Positions 1 through 10,563 of a DNA stretch of 64,000 nucleotides are shown one piece after another. The DNA is from Chlorobiota bacterium. GTDB taxonomy: Bacteria; Bacteroidota; Ignavibacteria; Kapaibacteriales; UBA2268. Each line of letters starts with the position of its first letter. Positions within the stretch are counted from its first letter, which is position 1. The notes beneath the pieces were generated by a model, which was not told where the DNA came from, ran no database searches, and saw only the letters and a program-made list of their open reading frames with translations. The position numbers and the translations under genes are program-made. The DNA is taken from contig JAXMOE010000001.1 of assembly GCA_034670025.1 (NCBI GenBank), positions 77,187 to 141,186 on the forward strand, given 5' to 3'.

Positions 1-102
1 CAGTTTTTTTCACTGCTTCCTACAAATTCAAACTTAGGTTGTGCATAAGCACTAAAAGTTAATACAATAGTCAAAATAAGTGTAGTAAATTTCATATTAA
101 TT
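1..102 (-). CDS. Partial CDS (N-terminus only; continues past window start): secreted protein of unknown function
   Basis: Minus-strand ATG at 102; reads MKFTTLILTIVLTFSAYAQPKFEFVGSSEKN, a signal-peptide-like N-terminus; the ORF runs off the window edge. Confidence 0.4.
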
Positions 103-123
103 CGTCTTTTTTTTTATATATTC

Positions 124-137
124 CGTATTGTAATACG
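124..137. promoter_or_regulatory. Perfect 6-bp inverted repeat with 2-nt spacer (CGTATTGTAATACG) in a divergent intergenic region; candidate operator
   Basis: Seen directly in sequence, between the divergently oriented partial gene (1..102) and the acyl-CoA dehydrogenase gene. Confidence 0.25.
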
Positions 138-185
138 TAGAAGAATTAGAAAAAGTTTAAAAAGATAAAAATTGATAAATAACCG

Positions 186-1343
186 GTGAATAATATGTTT
201 TCGTTAGAATTAGATGAACTTCAACAACAGATACAAGATACAGCAAAATCATTTGCCAACGATGTAATAGAACCAGGTGCAGTAGAGCGTGATAAGAATG
301 CAATATTCCCAAAAGAGATAATAAAGCAAGTAGGGGAACTTGGATTTTTGGGTATGAACGTACCAGAAGAGTGGGACGGTAGTGGTTTGGATAACATCAG
401 TCAATGCTCTGTAATTGAGGAATTTGCTAAAGCTGATGCAAGCGTCTCCGTAATTGTGTCAGTACAAAAGCTTGTTAATTCTGTTTTGGTTAAGTCCGCT
501 TCTGATGAGATTAAAGAAAAATATTTGAAGCCGATGGCTAGAGGGGAAATGCTGGGTGCTTACTGCTTGTCTGAACCAGAGGTTGGTTCTGATGCAAGGG
601 GAATAAAAACTATGGCAACAGAGAACGGCGACCACTATATTATCAATGGCTCAAAGAACTGGATAACTACTGGTAGCAATGCGGGTATGTTTTTGGTGTT
701 TGCTCAAACAAATCCTGAACTGAAGCACCGTGGAATAACTGCTTTTGTTATGGATGCTGATTCAGAAGGAGTTGAAATTGGATTAAAAGAGGACAAAATG
801 GGGTTGCGTGGTAGCGATACTGTTTCGCTATCATTTTCAAATGTCAAAGTGCCAAAAGAAAATATTGTTGGCAAAGTAGGCGAGGGATTCTATCTTGCTA
901 TGCAAGGCCTATCTGGTGGTCGAATTGGTATAGCTGCCCAAGCACTTGGTATAGCCAAAGCTGCTTTTAATTTGTCAGTTAAGTATTCTTCGGAAAGGCA
1001 TTCTATGGGTGTACCTATTAATAATCATCAGGCAATACAAATTAAATTAGCACAAATGTCAATGAAAATTTCGGCGGCGGAATTACTTGTTAATAAAGCT
1101 GCTTGGATGGATGATAAGGGTATGGATGTAAATAGAGTATCATCCGAAGCAAAGCTTTTTGCTTCGACTATTGCCAATGATATTGCTCGCGAGGCAGTGC
1201 AAATACATGGTGGTTACGGCTATGTGAGGGAGTACATAGTAGAAAGATTGATGAGAGACGCTAAAATTACTGAAATATACGAAGGTACTTCGGAAATCCA
1301 ACATATTGTAATTGCCAGAGATGTAGTAAAAAATGCAGAATAA
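186..1343 (+). CDS. Acyl-CoA dehydrogenase (short/medium-chain, butyryl-CoA dehydrogenase-like)
   Basis: 385 aa; full-length ACAD architecture; C-terminal YEGTSEIQ motif typical of the ACAD family; N-terminal helical domain, middle beta domain, C-terminal helical domain. Confidence 0.9.
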   Translation: MNNMFSLELDELQQQIQDTAKSFANDVIEPGAVERDKNAIFPKEIIKQVGELGFLGMNVPEEWDGSGLDNISQCSVIEEFAKADASVSVIVSVQKLVNSVLVKSASDEIKEKYLKPMARGEMLGAYCLSEPEVGSDARGIKTMATENGDHYIINGSKNWITTGSNAGMFLVFAQTNPELKHRGITAFVMDADSEGVEIGLKEDKMGLRGSDTVSLSFSNVKVPKENIVGKVGEGFYLAMQGLSGGRIGIAAQALGIAKAAFNLSVKYSSERHSMGVPINNHQAIQIKLAQMSMKISAAELLVNKAAWMDDKGMDVNRVSSEAKLFASTIANDIAREAVQIHGGYGYVREYIVERLMRDAKITEIYEGTSEIQHIVIARDVVKNAE

Positions 1344-2025
1344 GAAAGATTTATTATTACTGCACGGAGCTATTGGTAGCAAAAAACAATTAGATGTTTT
1401 GGTTGAAAGGTTAGCTGGCGATTACAAAATTCATCGTTTTGATTTCCCTGGACACGGAGAAAATGCAAATCAATCGAGTCAATTCTCAATCCATAATTTT
1501 GTCAATTATATACATAATTACATATTAGAGAATAATCTAGTAAAACCATCTGTGTTTGGGTATAGCATGGGTGGTTTTGTTGCTCTAACTTTAGAAGTCA
1601 AGGAGCAAGTGTTTGGTGATATTATGACACTAAATACTAAATATCAATGGGACAGGGAGACTGCTAATAGAGAAAAGAAGATGTTTATCCCTGAAGTAAT
1701 CGAACAAAAAGTGCCTCATTTTGCAGATAAGTTAAAACTAGTTCACGGTGAAGAGAACTGGGCAAGATTATTAGAATATCATAGAAATATGATGGATGAT
1801 ATTTCAGAGAATACCCCACTGCCCGATTATTTACTAAAGAGAATCAATTCGCGTGTGTTAATATCCAGAAGTGCAAATGACGAAATGGTTACGAGACAAG
1901 AATCTGAAAATGTGGTGAATTTAATAAATAATTCGGTTTATTTTGAGATAGCAAACTCACGTCACGCGATAGAGCAAATTGATATTGATGTACTTATAAA
2001 TAAGATGAATGAGTTTTTTAGCTAA
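1333..2025 (+). CDS. Alpha/beta-fold hydrolase
   Basis: 230 aa; HGAIGS near N-terminus and GYSMGG nucleophile elbow (GxSxG); start overlaps the acd stop by 11 nt. Confidence 0.7.
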   Translation: MQNKKDLLLLHGAIGSKKQLDVLVERLAGDYKIHRFDFPGHGENANQSSQFSIHNFVNYIHNYILENNLVKPSVFGYSMGGFVALTLEVKEQVFGDIMTLNTKYQWDRETANREKKMFIPEVIEQKVPHFADKLKLVHGEENWARLLEYHRNMMDDISENTPLPDYLLKRINSRVLISRSANDEMVTRQESENVVNLINNSVYFEIANSRHAIEQIDIDVLINKMNEFFS

Positions 2026-2476
2026 AATGTTTATCAATAGTTGCTTGTCTGAATTCAAATATTGAATCTACTTTACTATTCACAACTAACTTGTCAGCTA
2101 TTGTCCCGATGATACCCCTACCAACATTGTAGTTAAGTATATCAATCATTTCAGTTGTGTCGTCTTCAAGTGCACGGAAGTGGTGTTCGTGGTGCCACAT
2201 TTTGTATGGACCTATTCGTTGCTCATCAACAAAGTATTTTTTACTATCAATTTTGGTAATCTCAGTAACCCAGTTCATTTTTACGCCAGGGAAAGGGGAG
2301 ACCTTATACTTTATTATCATACCTTCGTACATCTGTTTACCAGATGTGTCGGTTAGGAACTCAAACTTCATATCATCTGGAGTTATGTTGTTCAAGTTTT
2401 CTGGTCTTGAAAAAAAATCCCAAACAGTATTTAAATCAGATTTTATTATTGTCTTCCATTCTTTAGTTATAGTCAT
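2018..2476 (-). CDS. SRPBCC (START/Bet v1-like) ligand-binding domain protein
   Basis: 152 aa; size and sequence pattern (WDFFSRPENL...KMWHHEHHF) match the polyketide cyclase/SRPBCC superfamily. Confidence 0.55.
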   Translation of the reverse strand: MTITKEWKTIIKSDLNTVWDFFSRPENLNNITPDDMKFEFLTDTSGKQMYEGMIIKYKVSPFPGVKMNWVTEITKIDSKKYFVDEQRIGPYKMWHHEHHFRALEDDTTEMIDILNYNVGRGIIGTIADKLVVNSKVDSIFEFRQATIDKHFS

Positions 2477-2483
2477 AGATTAC

Positions 2484-4616
2484 CTATTTAGTCGGGGTTA
2501 TAACCTCTACTTCTACTGTCCTTGAATAAAATCTACCCTCTGGTAATTTATTATTGAACAATATTAGAGATTCACCATAGTGGTACAAATTATCAATATT
2601 TTGGGAATTAAACTCATTAGCTACAGATTGAACCCTTTTTTCAGATAAGGATTTGTTATATTCTGGGCTACCAATTTTATCCGTATAACCAGATATTCTT
2701 AGTTTAGAATTACTAGTCATATTGCTCTTAATTAAGTTTATAATTTTAGAATTAGATTTTTCTAATTCATACCCATCATAGTCGAATAATATTAAACTAT
2801 ATTTATCTACCATTATATCTTTTTCTTTACGGCTGTTTTTTTCATCTATAGTGTTAACTATTATGTTAAAATCACCAGCTAAAGACTGTCTTTCATTCTT
2901 TTCATCAATCAACGAGAATCTATACCTCAGTCTTTTCTTATCACTTATGTCATTTGCAAGTTTTTCATCTATTATGTAATTGAGTGATAATGGTGGTTCT
3001 CCATCGGCGGCGTCTTCGAATATTCGATTGCCTTCATCATCATTTATTTCTAATTGCCAGCTGTATTTAATCAGATTTGTATCGACAACGGTATAAAATT
3101 TCATTTCTTTAGTAATAGGCCTATAAAGTAAATCGCTTAACAATACTGGTTTCAATATATTTTCGTCGTTACTATATAGCTCAACTCTTCTGTTTTCTTC
3201 TTTCGATTCATCCGTATTACCAACTGATGGCTTTTTGGGATTTTCTGCTGAAATAAGCTCTAATCTATTAATATTTACTTTCCAATTGTTTACTAAGTAA
3301 GATTGAACAGATTTGGCTCTTTCTATAGCTATTATACTACTATTCTGATTAGTTTCATCATCTGATTTAGTCCCCACTATTTTTAGCTTAGCTTTAGGGT
3401 TTTGCTTCATTCTCTTACCGACTATATTTAACACATGGTGATAAATATCTAAAGTAGCTACATCAAATAGACTATCTAAATTGAAGTTCTTTGTTTCAGA
3501 ATAAGATATGCTACTATACCTAATTGGAATTTTAGTTGAGTCTTTATCAAAAAATATGAAGTTAAGTATCGGAACTAATCTTTTTGATTTAACTTCATTT
3601 ATATAAACAAAGTTTTTTTCTTGTCTATTTTCTTTATCATCAATTAATAATGGTCTGATTATAAGAGTAGGATTTTCTTGATAACTCGCTCCAGATTCCT
3701 TGTTCGAACTATTTGAGTTAAGCGTTTCAATTTCTTCGTTTAGCGCTATCTCAATCACTTGATTTTCTGGAATCGAAGTTTCTATTTCATTAGAAAAGTT
3801 ACTTTTGCTTTCACCATCATTCATATCACTATTGCTGTTTCCACCACCAAAAGCATAAGCAAAGTCTAAACCAACATTAAAACTATTAGGAGTAAGCGAC
3901 ATTTCTTGGTTGATGCTATTGAATCCCAAAGTGTAACCAATATTTGGTCTTAGATATGAGCTTTTGTCAGAGTCAGTATATAATCTGTAGGCAACATTAG
4001 TGAATAAATTATGCAAGATGCTACTTTCTATTGTCCCCGAAGTGTTTGTACGAGTTTTTGAGCCAATGTTATCAAAAACAGCATTGTTGGGTGTTATTAT
4101 TTTTTCTGTCTGTAGGTATTCCAAATCACTTGGAATACTAATCATATATCCTATTACAATATCTAATTTTTCTGTCAAGCTATACTCAGCACCAAGATTT
4201 AAGAAAATAGCCGATAAGGTAGAAGTCACTTTCTGCTCTATTTTTGCATCAACAGGATTTTCACCATTCAAATTTATTTTCTTATTCTCTAACTCGATAA
4301 AGTCAGATGACAAATCATTATATCCAATTCCTGCAAGAATAGACCATCTGTTATTGATTGGATATAGATAATTGAGTCCTATTCCCAATCCCATTCCTGA
4401 ACCAGAGGTGAACCCAGGGCAGCAAGAATTAGCATTACCTAAGTTTGTAAAGTCTGAACCGTTAATGTTAAATAACATTTTTGACGAGAATAGTAATCTT
4501 TGCCTTTGTTTTTCTTCTTCGGAAGATAAACCCAAAGTAGAAACTAAGGTTATAAGAATTAGTAATATGTGTTTGTATCTATTTAACAATGACAAATATC
4601 TTTGATAAGACAACAT
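2484..4616 (-). CDS. OmpA-family outer-membrane protein (N-terminal beta-barrel, two C-terminal OmpA-like peptidoglycan-binding domains)
   Basis: Longest ORF is 2484..4670; likely start at the Met preceding the signal peptide MLSYQRYLSLLNRYKHILLILITLVSTLG (4616); C-terminal RISGYTDKIGSPEYNKSLSEKRVQSV is an OmpA_C motif; start overlaps the stop of the upstream vWA/T9SS gene. Confidence 0.8.
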   Translation of the reverse strand: MLSYQRYLSLLNRYKHILLILITLVSTLGLSSEEEKQRQRLLFSSKMLFNINGSDFTNLGNANSCCPGFTSGSGMGLGIGLNYLYPINNRWSILAGIGYNDLSSDFIELENKKINLNGENPVDAKIEQKVTSTLSAIFLNLGAEYSLTEKLDIVIGYMISIPSDLEYLQTEKIITPNNAVFDNIGSKTRTNTSGTIESSILHNLFTNVAYRLYTDSDKSSYLRPNIGYTLGFNSINQEMSLTPNSFNVGLDFAYAFGGGNSNSDMNDGESKSNFSNEIETSIPENQVIEIALNEEIETLNSNSSNKESGASYQENPTLIIRPLLIDDKENRQEKNFVYINEVKSKRLVPILNFIFFDKDSTKIPIRYSSISYSETKNFNLDSLFDVATLDIYHHVLNIVGKRMKQNPKAKLKIVGTKSDDETNQNSSIIAIERAKSVQSYLVNNWKVNINRLELISAENPKKPSVGNTDESKEENRRVELYSNDENILKPVLLSDLLYRPITKEMKFYTVVDTNLIKYSWQLEINDDEGNRIFEDAADGEPPLSLNYIIDEKLANDISDKKRLRYRFSLIDEKNERQSLAGDFNIIVNTIDEKNSRKEKDIMVDKYSLILFDYDGYELEKSNSKIINLIKSNMTSNSKLRISGYTDKIGSPEYNKSLSEKRVQSVANEFNSQNIDNLYHYGESLILFNNKLPEGRFYSRTVEVEVITPTK

Positions 4617-7600
4617 TTTCTGTTTCCAACTGTACGATATAACTACCATTTGCAATATTTTTTGTATCAACTTCAGCGGTGTAAGCTCCTTTGTTCATGT
4701 TTTTATATACAAGATGGTTAACTAACTTGCCATCAGTACCAAAAATACTAATGTTCGTAAATCCATCTTCGATAAGATTATAATTTACGAAATATTCCCC
4801 ATTTTCGTAATAAATATTCAAATCTGTTGGGTCAGACTCATTATAAAGTCTATAAGAACCGTCTGTGTAGCATACATTTGTAAGCTCAAAATATCCATTT
4901 TCTGTTGAGTGTTTTAACTCTTTAATTAAATCACCATTTGTATTGTAAGCTCTGACATCAGCTATTTCTATGTCAGTTGAAATGCTATTGCCAATGGTTG
5001 TGTAGAATCGTTTTGAGTCTATTCCTTTTTGTATTTCAGCTTGGCTAATCGGCAAAGTAATTTTTCTAATTTTATTTTCTACACTACCTTCTTCCGGAAA
5101 TCTGAAAGGAATAAGAAGGGTAGCATTGTACTCAATATCAACCGCTAAGCTATCTAATTGGAGGGAGGCAGGGTTGTCATTTAGATTAATGAATGTATTT
5201 AGATCAATATATTTTCCTGCATCGTACATTATACTATCTATTTTGATATTAATGTTCACAGTGTCATTTGAAATACCTTTTCCAGTTATCCTAATATAGA
5301 ATGGTTCACGGTAAATATCAGTATAAAATTGAGCAGTAGCGTTGTGTGTACCTACAAAATTGGGTGAAAATACAAACTCAGTAATCAAAGTGTCACCACT
5401 TAATATTAGATTTTCATCTGTAATAATATTTAATGTATAATTATTGCCATTATCATTTATAATTTTGACACTATCTATTCCTATGTTTGCTAAGCCAAGA
5501 TTTTCTATGATATTGATAGTTTTAGATTTTTGTTCGCCTACCAATACTTCACCAAAATTGATTGCTAATGAATCATTCTCATAATAAGGTCTGTACCTCA
5601 GTTCTACCTCATTGTGCAATACATAGAAATTGAATTTACCAATATCTGTCGATATTATTCCTTTGGCTAATCCGCCACCAGACAAATTTACATCGAGTAT
5701 AATCTTCAAATCTGTATTTTCAATTAGTGCATGAGGCGTGCTAAAATCTACTGAATATCCTGCATCTTCTATTATTACTGATTCAATTGTGATGTTTTTC
5801 GAATTGTCAGTCACTTTGAAAAAATCTAAAACTATAGTGTCTTTAATACTTCCAGAATATACATTTCCAAAATCAACAGTGTCAACATACTCGAACCCAG
5901 GTGATTTGATGCTCCACAATGAATCAGATATATCAAAACGAGAATTGTTATTAATATTTATAGACCACAAATAATGCTGATTCTTATTGTAAGCATTGCT
6001 ATCTGTATCAATCTCAAATCCATTTCCAAAATCAGTTTTCCTGTATAAATCTCCCGATATTATTATATTATTGCTGTTGCTTGTGATTAATCCTTTATAA
6101 GTTGTTTCTGGCACATGTTTTAGCCAATTGAAAGAACCTGTTAATAAATCGAATGAGCTGAGGAACTGTGTGTTCCCATTTTTAAATATTGTGTACTTAT
6201 CTACTTTGAAAGTTGAATTAGTTAATCCACCTATTACAATCTCTTCATTATCAAATACCATTAATTTCTTAAGACTACCAAATTTATCCAAATCAACAGA
6301 CCACTCAATGGTATTTTGATCGTTAAAACAAATCAATGAATTGCTAAATATAGGATGTGGTAAAATTAATTCATCATTTTGTATTTTAATTGTGTCAAGT
6401 GCGAAGTATAGCCAATACTCGAATCCTTTGTAATGCTTGTAATCAATAAAGTTGAAATCAAATGTTCTGTCTATCTCAAGATAATTATTTAAAACCAAAT
6501 TGGATTTATTATAACTTGAAGTTGCCGTTATCCCTCTGTAATTAGAATCTAAGTTAAAAAATTCTCCAGACCCAGTACCCCACCATACAACAGAATCATC
6601 ATTTATGGGTTCAATTCCTTTCGGTTCAAAATCAAAATTGTCACTTTCGTTATTGAAGATTATTGAATTTATTAGTTCTAAATCTTTATTTAAGTGAGAA
6701 AGAAAATACTTATCATTAATAAAACTAGGAGCAACAATCATTTCCTCATCATATTCATAAGACTTTTTGAATGTTCCTAATAAGTGCAATGAATTCTTGC
6801 TGTTTTCAAAATCAATGATAAAATTAGTTTGATTAAAATATTCATTATTTACTTCAAACAATTTATGAGTTACAAGATCTAAATCAGCATCAAGTTTAAT
6901 TATAATTCCTCTTTTTATTCGAGAATCTGTTGAAAATGAATAGCTCAAAGTATCAAAACTTAAATGACTAAAGTCACTAATGAGAACATAAGGACTATTG
7001 TCGATACTCGTTAAATAAGTATTTGCCGAAGAGGTCTTAATTGGTTTGTATTTAATCATTTCTAGCTTATTGTTCAGAATCAATATTAACTTAATGTTAA
7101 CTGACGAATCTCTTAATGACAAGCCAAAATCAGTATAGAATAAATCTAAATTAGAAAACTGCAATTCTTTTACAATATCGATGACAGCTATAAATTTGTC
7201 TTCTTGGTATGGAATTATATCTAAAAATTGACTTTCTTTATTCGTGTTTACAGTCTCTAAGCCAATTGTTTTTACTAATGAATCGATAATAACATTCTTA
7301 GAGACCTTTAGTAAAGCATTATCTGTCTCTGGTCCGGGTATCTTTTTCCAAGGGAAGTCCTTGTCATTATAATTAGTAGCTATATTAATCCAGTTAGCTC
7401 CTTTGTTTGTAGAGTAATCAACATTATAGCTTGATTCATACCCAGAGTCTTCCCAAAGTAGAGTTTCATTTGAGTTAGTCAAGAACTCTTCACCACCATT
7501 AGGTTCTGAAACTTTGATAAAGTCTGAATTGTGTCTGAATTTTAAAAATACAGAGCCATTTTCACATGAATTTGATTCTATCTTAAAATAGTCATTTTTG

Positions 7601-8724
7601 TTATTTACTAAGTCAATAGGTTCGAAGACTAAATTGAGAACTTCAGTTTTTGATAGTTGAATAGGAAAATCAGATGCTGCTGGACTAATTAAGCTAAACT
7701 CACCATAAGCAGAGGCAATATTATTAATTGTCAAATTATCAGAATTTGAAATTATACTTACATAGTACAGATTATTAGAAGTAGAAGAGTTACTGGTTTT
7801 CTGATTATTGTTAACAATATTGTATTCCGTTAGATTCTTTTTTGATAAAACTAACTGCTTGGTATGACTATAGAGCTCATCATAAGTTAATGTTATACTC
7901 CTGTTATTACTGCATTTATCTGAAATGTATGACAGTCGACAAGTTTCAATACCTGAAGCAAATATAGCTAATGCAAGGAATGCATTGTTTATATCAGCTT
8001 CCGAAGTAATATTAGTTAGTGATTTTCCTCCAGTGGCTTCTGTTATATCTACTAACTCTACTTCCAAGTATGCATCTGCTCCCAAAGTGTATAATGTTAT
8101 ACTGTTAGCATTAAGTTTTGTCAAAATTTCATCTTTTTCTAAATCATTATCTTGTCCATCAGTCATAAATAAGACTACTTTCTTATGTTTTGCTCCTTCA
8201 ATTGACTTAATAATTCCATTTTCATCATCTAAGAATGCTTCACTAATATAAGTAGATCCAAATGGCTCACCAATAGAGTTAATGGCATCCATGATTATAT
8301 TACGATTAGTAGTAAGCGGCTCTATTATAGTGACATCTGTTGAAAAGGTAACAAGCGTGATTTCTGAATCGGGATGCAAAATATCAATTAATTTCATTGC
8401 AGATTCTCTTATAACATCAATTCGTCTCTTAGACGGAAGAGTAATAGTATCTTTCATTGAAGCAGACACATCTATTACTAAAGACATAGAAATTGGTTCT
8501 TTTGTATAATTCTCGTTGCACTCAATAGATTGTATCAGCTTTTCTATTCCATCTTCAGTGAGAGACATTACATTATTGTCAACTGGCTTTGCCTCCCCAT
8601 TGTCATCCAATACTAAAAAATCAAGATTAACATAGGGGTAATTGTCAGTATCAACACCAGTTACGATCATTGACTGAGGATATAATGTTGAAAATAAAAT
8701 TAAAAAAAGTAAAATATATTTCAT
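4579..8724 (-). CDS. Large secreted protein with N-terminal von Willebrand factor A domain and C-terminal T9SS (Por) sorting domain
   Basis: 1381 aa; signal peptide MKYILLFLILFSTLYPQ; vWA MIDAS motif DVSASM...TDGQDN; C-terminus GSYIVQLETENVVLSKIFVIVK matches a type-A T9SS CTD. Confidence 0.8.
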   Translation of the reverse strand: MKYILLFLILFSTLYPQSMIVTGVDTDNYPYVNLDFLVLDDNGEAKPVDNNVMSLTEDGIEKLIQSIECNENYTKEPISMSLVIDVSASMKDTITLPSKRRIDVIRESAMKLIDILHPDSEITLVTFSTDVTIIEPLTTNRNIIMDAINSIGEPFGSTYISEAFLDDENGIIKSIEGAKHKKVVLFMTDGQDNDLEKDEILTKLNANSITLYTLGADAYLEVELVDITEATGGKSLTNITSEADINNAFLALAIFASGIETCRLSYISDKCSNNRSITLTYDELYSHTKQLVLSKKNLTEYNIVNNNQKTSNSSTSNNLYYVSIISNSDNLTINNIASAYGEFSLISPAASDFPIQLSKTEVLNLVFEPIDLVNNKNDYFKIESNSCENGSVFLKFRHNSDFIKVSEPNGGEEFLTNSNETLLWEDSGYESSYNVDYSTNKGANWINIATNYNDKDFPWKKIPGPETDNALLKVSKNVIIDSLVKTIGLETVNTNKESQFLDIIPYQEDKFIAVIDIVKELQFSNLDLFYTDFGLSLRDSSVNIKLILILNNKLEMIKYKPIKTSSANTYLTSIDNSPYVLISDFSHLSFDTLSYSFSTDSRIKRGIIIKLDADLDLVTHKLFEVNNEYFNQTNFIIDFENSKNSLHLLGTFKKSYEYDEEMIVAPSFINDKYFLSHLNKDLELINSIIFNNESDNFDFEPKGIEPINDDSVVWWGTGSGEFFNLDSNYRGITATSSYNKSNLVLNNYLEIDRTFDFNFIDYKHYKGFEYWLYFALDTIKIQNDELILPHPIFSNSLICFNDQNTIEWSVDLDKFGSLKKLMVFDNEEIVIGGLTNSTFKVDKYTIFKNGNTQFLSSFDLLTGSFNWLKHVPETTYKGLITSNSNNIIISGDLYRKTDFGNGFEIDTDSNAYNKNQHYLWSININNNSRFDISDSLWSIKSPGFEYVDTVDFGNVYSGSIKDTIVLDFFKVTDNSKNITIESVIIEDAGYSVDFSTPHALIENTDLKIILDVNLSGGGLAKGIISTDIGKFNFYVLHNEVELRYRPYYENDSLAINFGEVLVGEQKSKTINIIENLGLANIGIDSVKIINDNGNNYTLNIITDENLILSGDTLITEFVFSPNFVGTHNATAQFYTDIYREPFYIRITGKGISNDTVNINIKIDSIMYDAGKYIDLNTFINLNDNPASLQLDSLAVDIEYNATLLIPFRFPEEGSVENKIRKITLPISQAEIQKGIDSKRFYTTIGNSISTDIEIADVRAYNTNGDLIKELKHSTENGYFELTNVCYTDGSYRLYNESDPTDLNIYYENGEYFVNYNLIEDGFTNISIFGTDGKLVNHLVYKNMNKGAYTAEVDTKNIANGSYIVQLETENVVLSKIFVIVK

Positions 8725-8813
8725 ATTAAGTGAAATTAGTTAATGCTCTATCTTATAAAGACACATGAACAGCAAAAACGTCTCATAAATAGTGAAAATA
8801 ATTGATATTTATA

Positions 8814-9185
8814 TTAATCACGGAACTGTCCGCAGCCAACATATTTCTCACCATCTAACCTTACTATCACCATGTAAGTCTCTGTGTCTTCTCTTTCGTA
8901 GTTGTGACATTCTCTGTCTATTATGTTGTATTCTAACAACATACCGTTCTGAGTGTGCTTGTGTAAAAAGTCCATATACTTGTCTTCACCAATATTGAAC
9001 TTAATCTCTTCTTCCATTCCTTTCATGCTGAAAGTCACATCTTTCTCAGGTGTTATATTCAAACTCCAAAAAGGATCATCTCCCGACGCCGAGAATGATT
9101 TTTCATAGGGGTCAGAGCAACTGAATGCTAATAATAACGTCACAGATAAAAGAGATAATTTTAATAGTTTTGATAGTTTAGTCAT
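8814..9185 (-). CDS. Small lipoprotein, unknown function
   Basis: 123 aa; lipobox LLLAFSCSD following a signal peptide. Confidence 0.5.
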   Translation of the reverse strand: MTKLSKLLKLSLLSVTLLLAFSCSDPYEKSFSASGDDPFWSLNITPEKDVTFSMKGMEEEIKFNIGEDKYMDFLHKHTQNGMLLEYNIIDRECHNYEREDTETYMVIVRLDGEKYVGCGQFRD

Positions 9186-9188
9186 AGT

Positions 9189-10287
9189 TTATATTTCTCC
9201 ACTTAATAATACTGCTTTGATTAATTCATCCAAATCGCCATCCATTACAGATGTTATATCCGATGTTTTGTACTCTACTCTCGCGTCGTTGACCATTGTA
9301 TATGGTTGGAAAACGTAGGACCGAATTTGGCTACCCCATTCTATTTTCTTTTTTGCCCCTTCTATCTTGGCTTTTTCGGCTTCTTCTTCTTCAACCTTCT
9401 TCTTGTATAGAGCCGATTTGAGCATCTTCATAGCCAAATCACGATTCTGCAATTGTGAGCGTTCTTTTTGGCAAGATACAACTATTCCACTTGGTTTGTG
9501 TTTTAATCTAACTGCCGTCTCAACTTTATTGACATTCTGCCCACCTTTTCCTCCTGCTCTAAACGTGTCCAACTCTACATCCGCAGGATTGATTTCAATC
9601 TCAACATCATCTTCTATCTCTGGATAAATATAGACACTTGCGAAAGAAGTATGACGACGTGAATTGGAATCAAATGGCGAAATTCTCACCAAACGATGCA
9701 CTCCATTTTCAGCTTTTAAATATCCATAAGCAAAGCTACCTTCTATCTGAATGGTAGCTGACTTTATCCCAGCCACCTCTCCTTCTTGCTCGTCCAATAG
9801 CTTTGTGGCAAATCCTTTCCTTTCTGCCCACCTTAAGTACATTCTGAGCAACATTTCTGCCCAATCGCATGCTTCGGTGCCACCAGCACCCGAATTTACT
9901 GTTAAAATAGCGTTACTGCTGTCATCTTTACCAGACAGCATATTCATTATTTCCAGCTCGCTTACTTTCTTTATGGCTTTGTTTAGCTCTTTGTCTATGT
10001 CTTCTTCTAAACTTTGTTCAGCCATTTCATCTGCCAAAGCAACCATTGCCTCAGTGTCACCAACCGAGCGAATAGCTGAGTAATATGTATCTATCCATCC
10101 CTTTTTGTCCGATAGATTTTTCATTACTTTCTTTGCTTTATCCGAATCATCCCAAAAGTCAGGTGTCTCAGATAAGTCTTTTAACTCTCTTAATTCTTTC
10201 TCTTTAGACTCAACATCAAAGATACCTCCTGAGCTGTTCTATTTTTTCTTGAACCTTAGCTAATTCTGATTTTTGAACATCAAACAT
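9189..10287 (-). CDS. prfB: Peptide chain release factor 2, with programmed +1 ribosomal frameshift
   Basis: Frame 0 ATG at 10287..10285 encodes [23 protein letters not shown] and stops at in-frame TGA (10218..10216) within AGGAGG TAT CTT TGA T. The +1 frame continues [23 protein letters not shown]... into the 311-aa ORF 9189..10124 carrying the RF2 SPF and GGQ motifs. Confidence 0.9.
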
Positions 10288-10563
10288 GTTATTCTCGTAT
10301 ATATGTGTAGTACTGATTAGTAATTTAACAGATTTGGAAGTGTAATAAAAACTTTGGGACTGTTGAAAACTAATGGCGGTTTATTTATTCATTTATTTGA
10401 ATAGCTTATATACTAATTTTATATTACATTTATCGCAGCAAATAATACGAGTAAAAAAACGTCAATAGGACTTAATATAGTATCAGTAAACGCAATTTTT
10501 TGTAACTGTTTGCTATTTGAAGTGTTTTTATTAGTAGAAAGAGAAAGGAAAATAAAATTTTAG

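Noticed and set aside
1140-1382. Numerous short ORFs (60-170 aa) on the strand opposite to long genes, such as 1140-1382, 4000-4371, 11494-12006, 18183-18452, 34404-34586 and 47920-48369
   Set aside because: All lie entirely within well-supported longer genes on the other strand, have low-complexity or Ser/Leu-rich translations, and lack start context. They are treated as spurious antisense ORFs.
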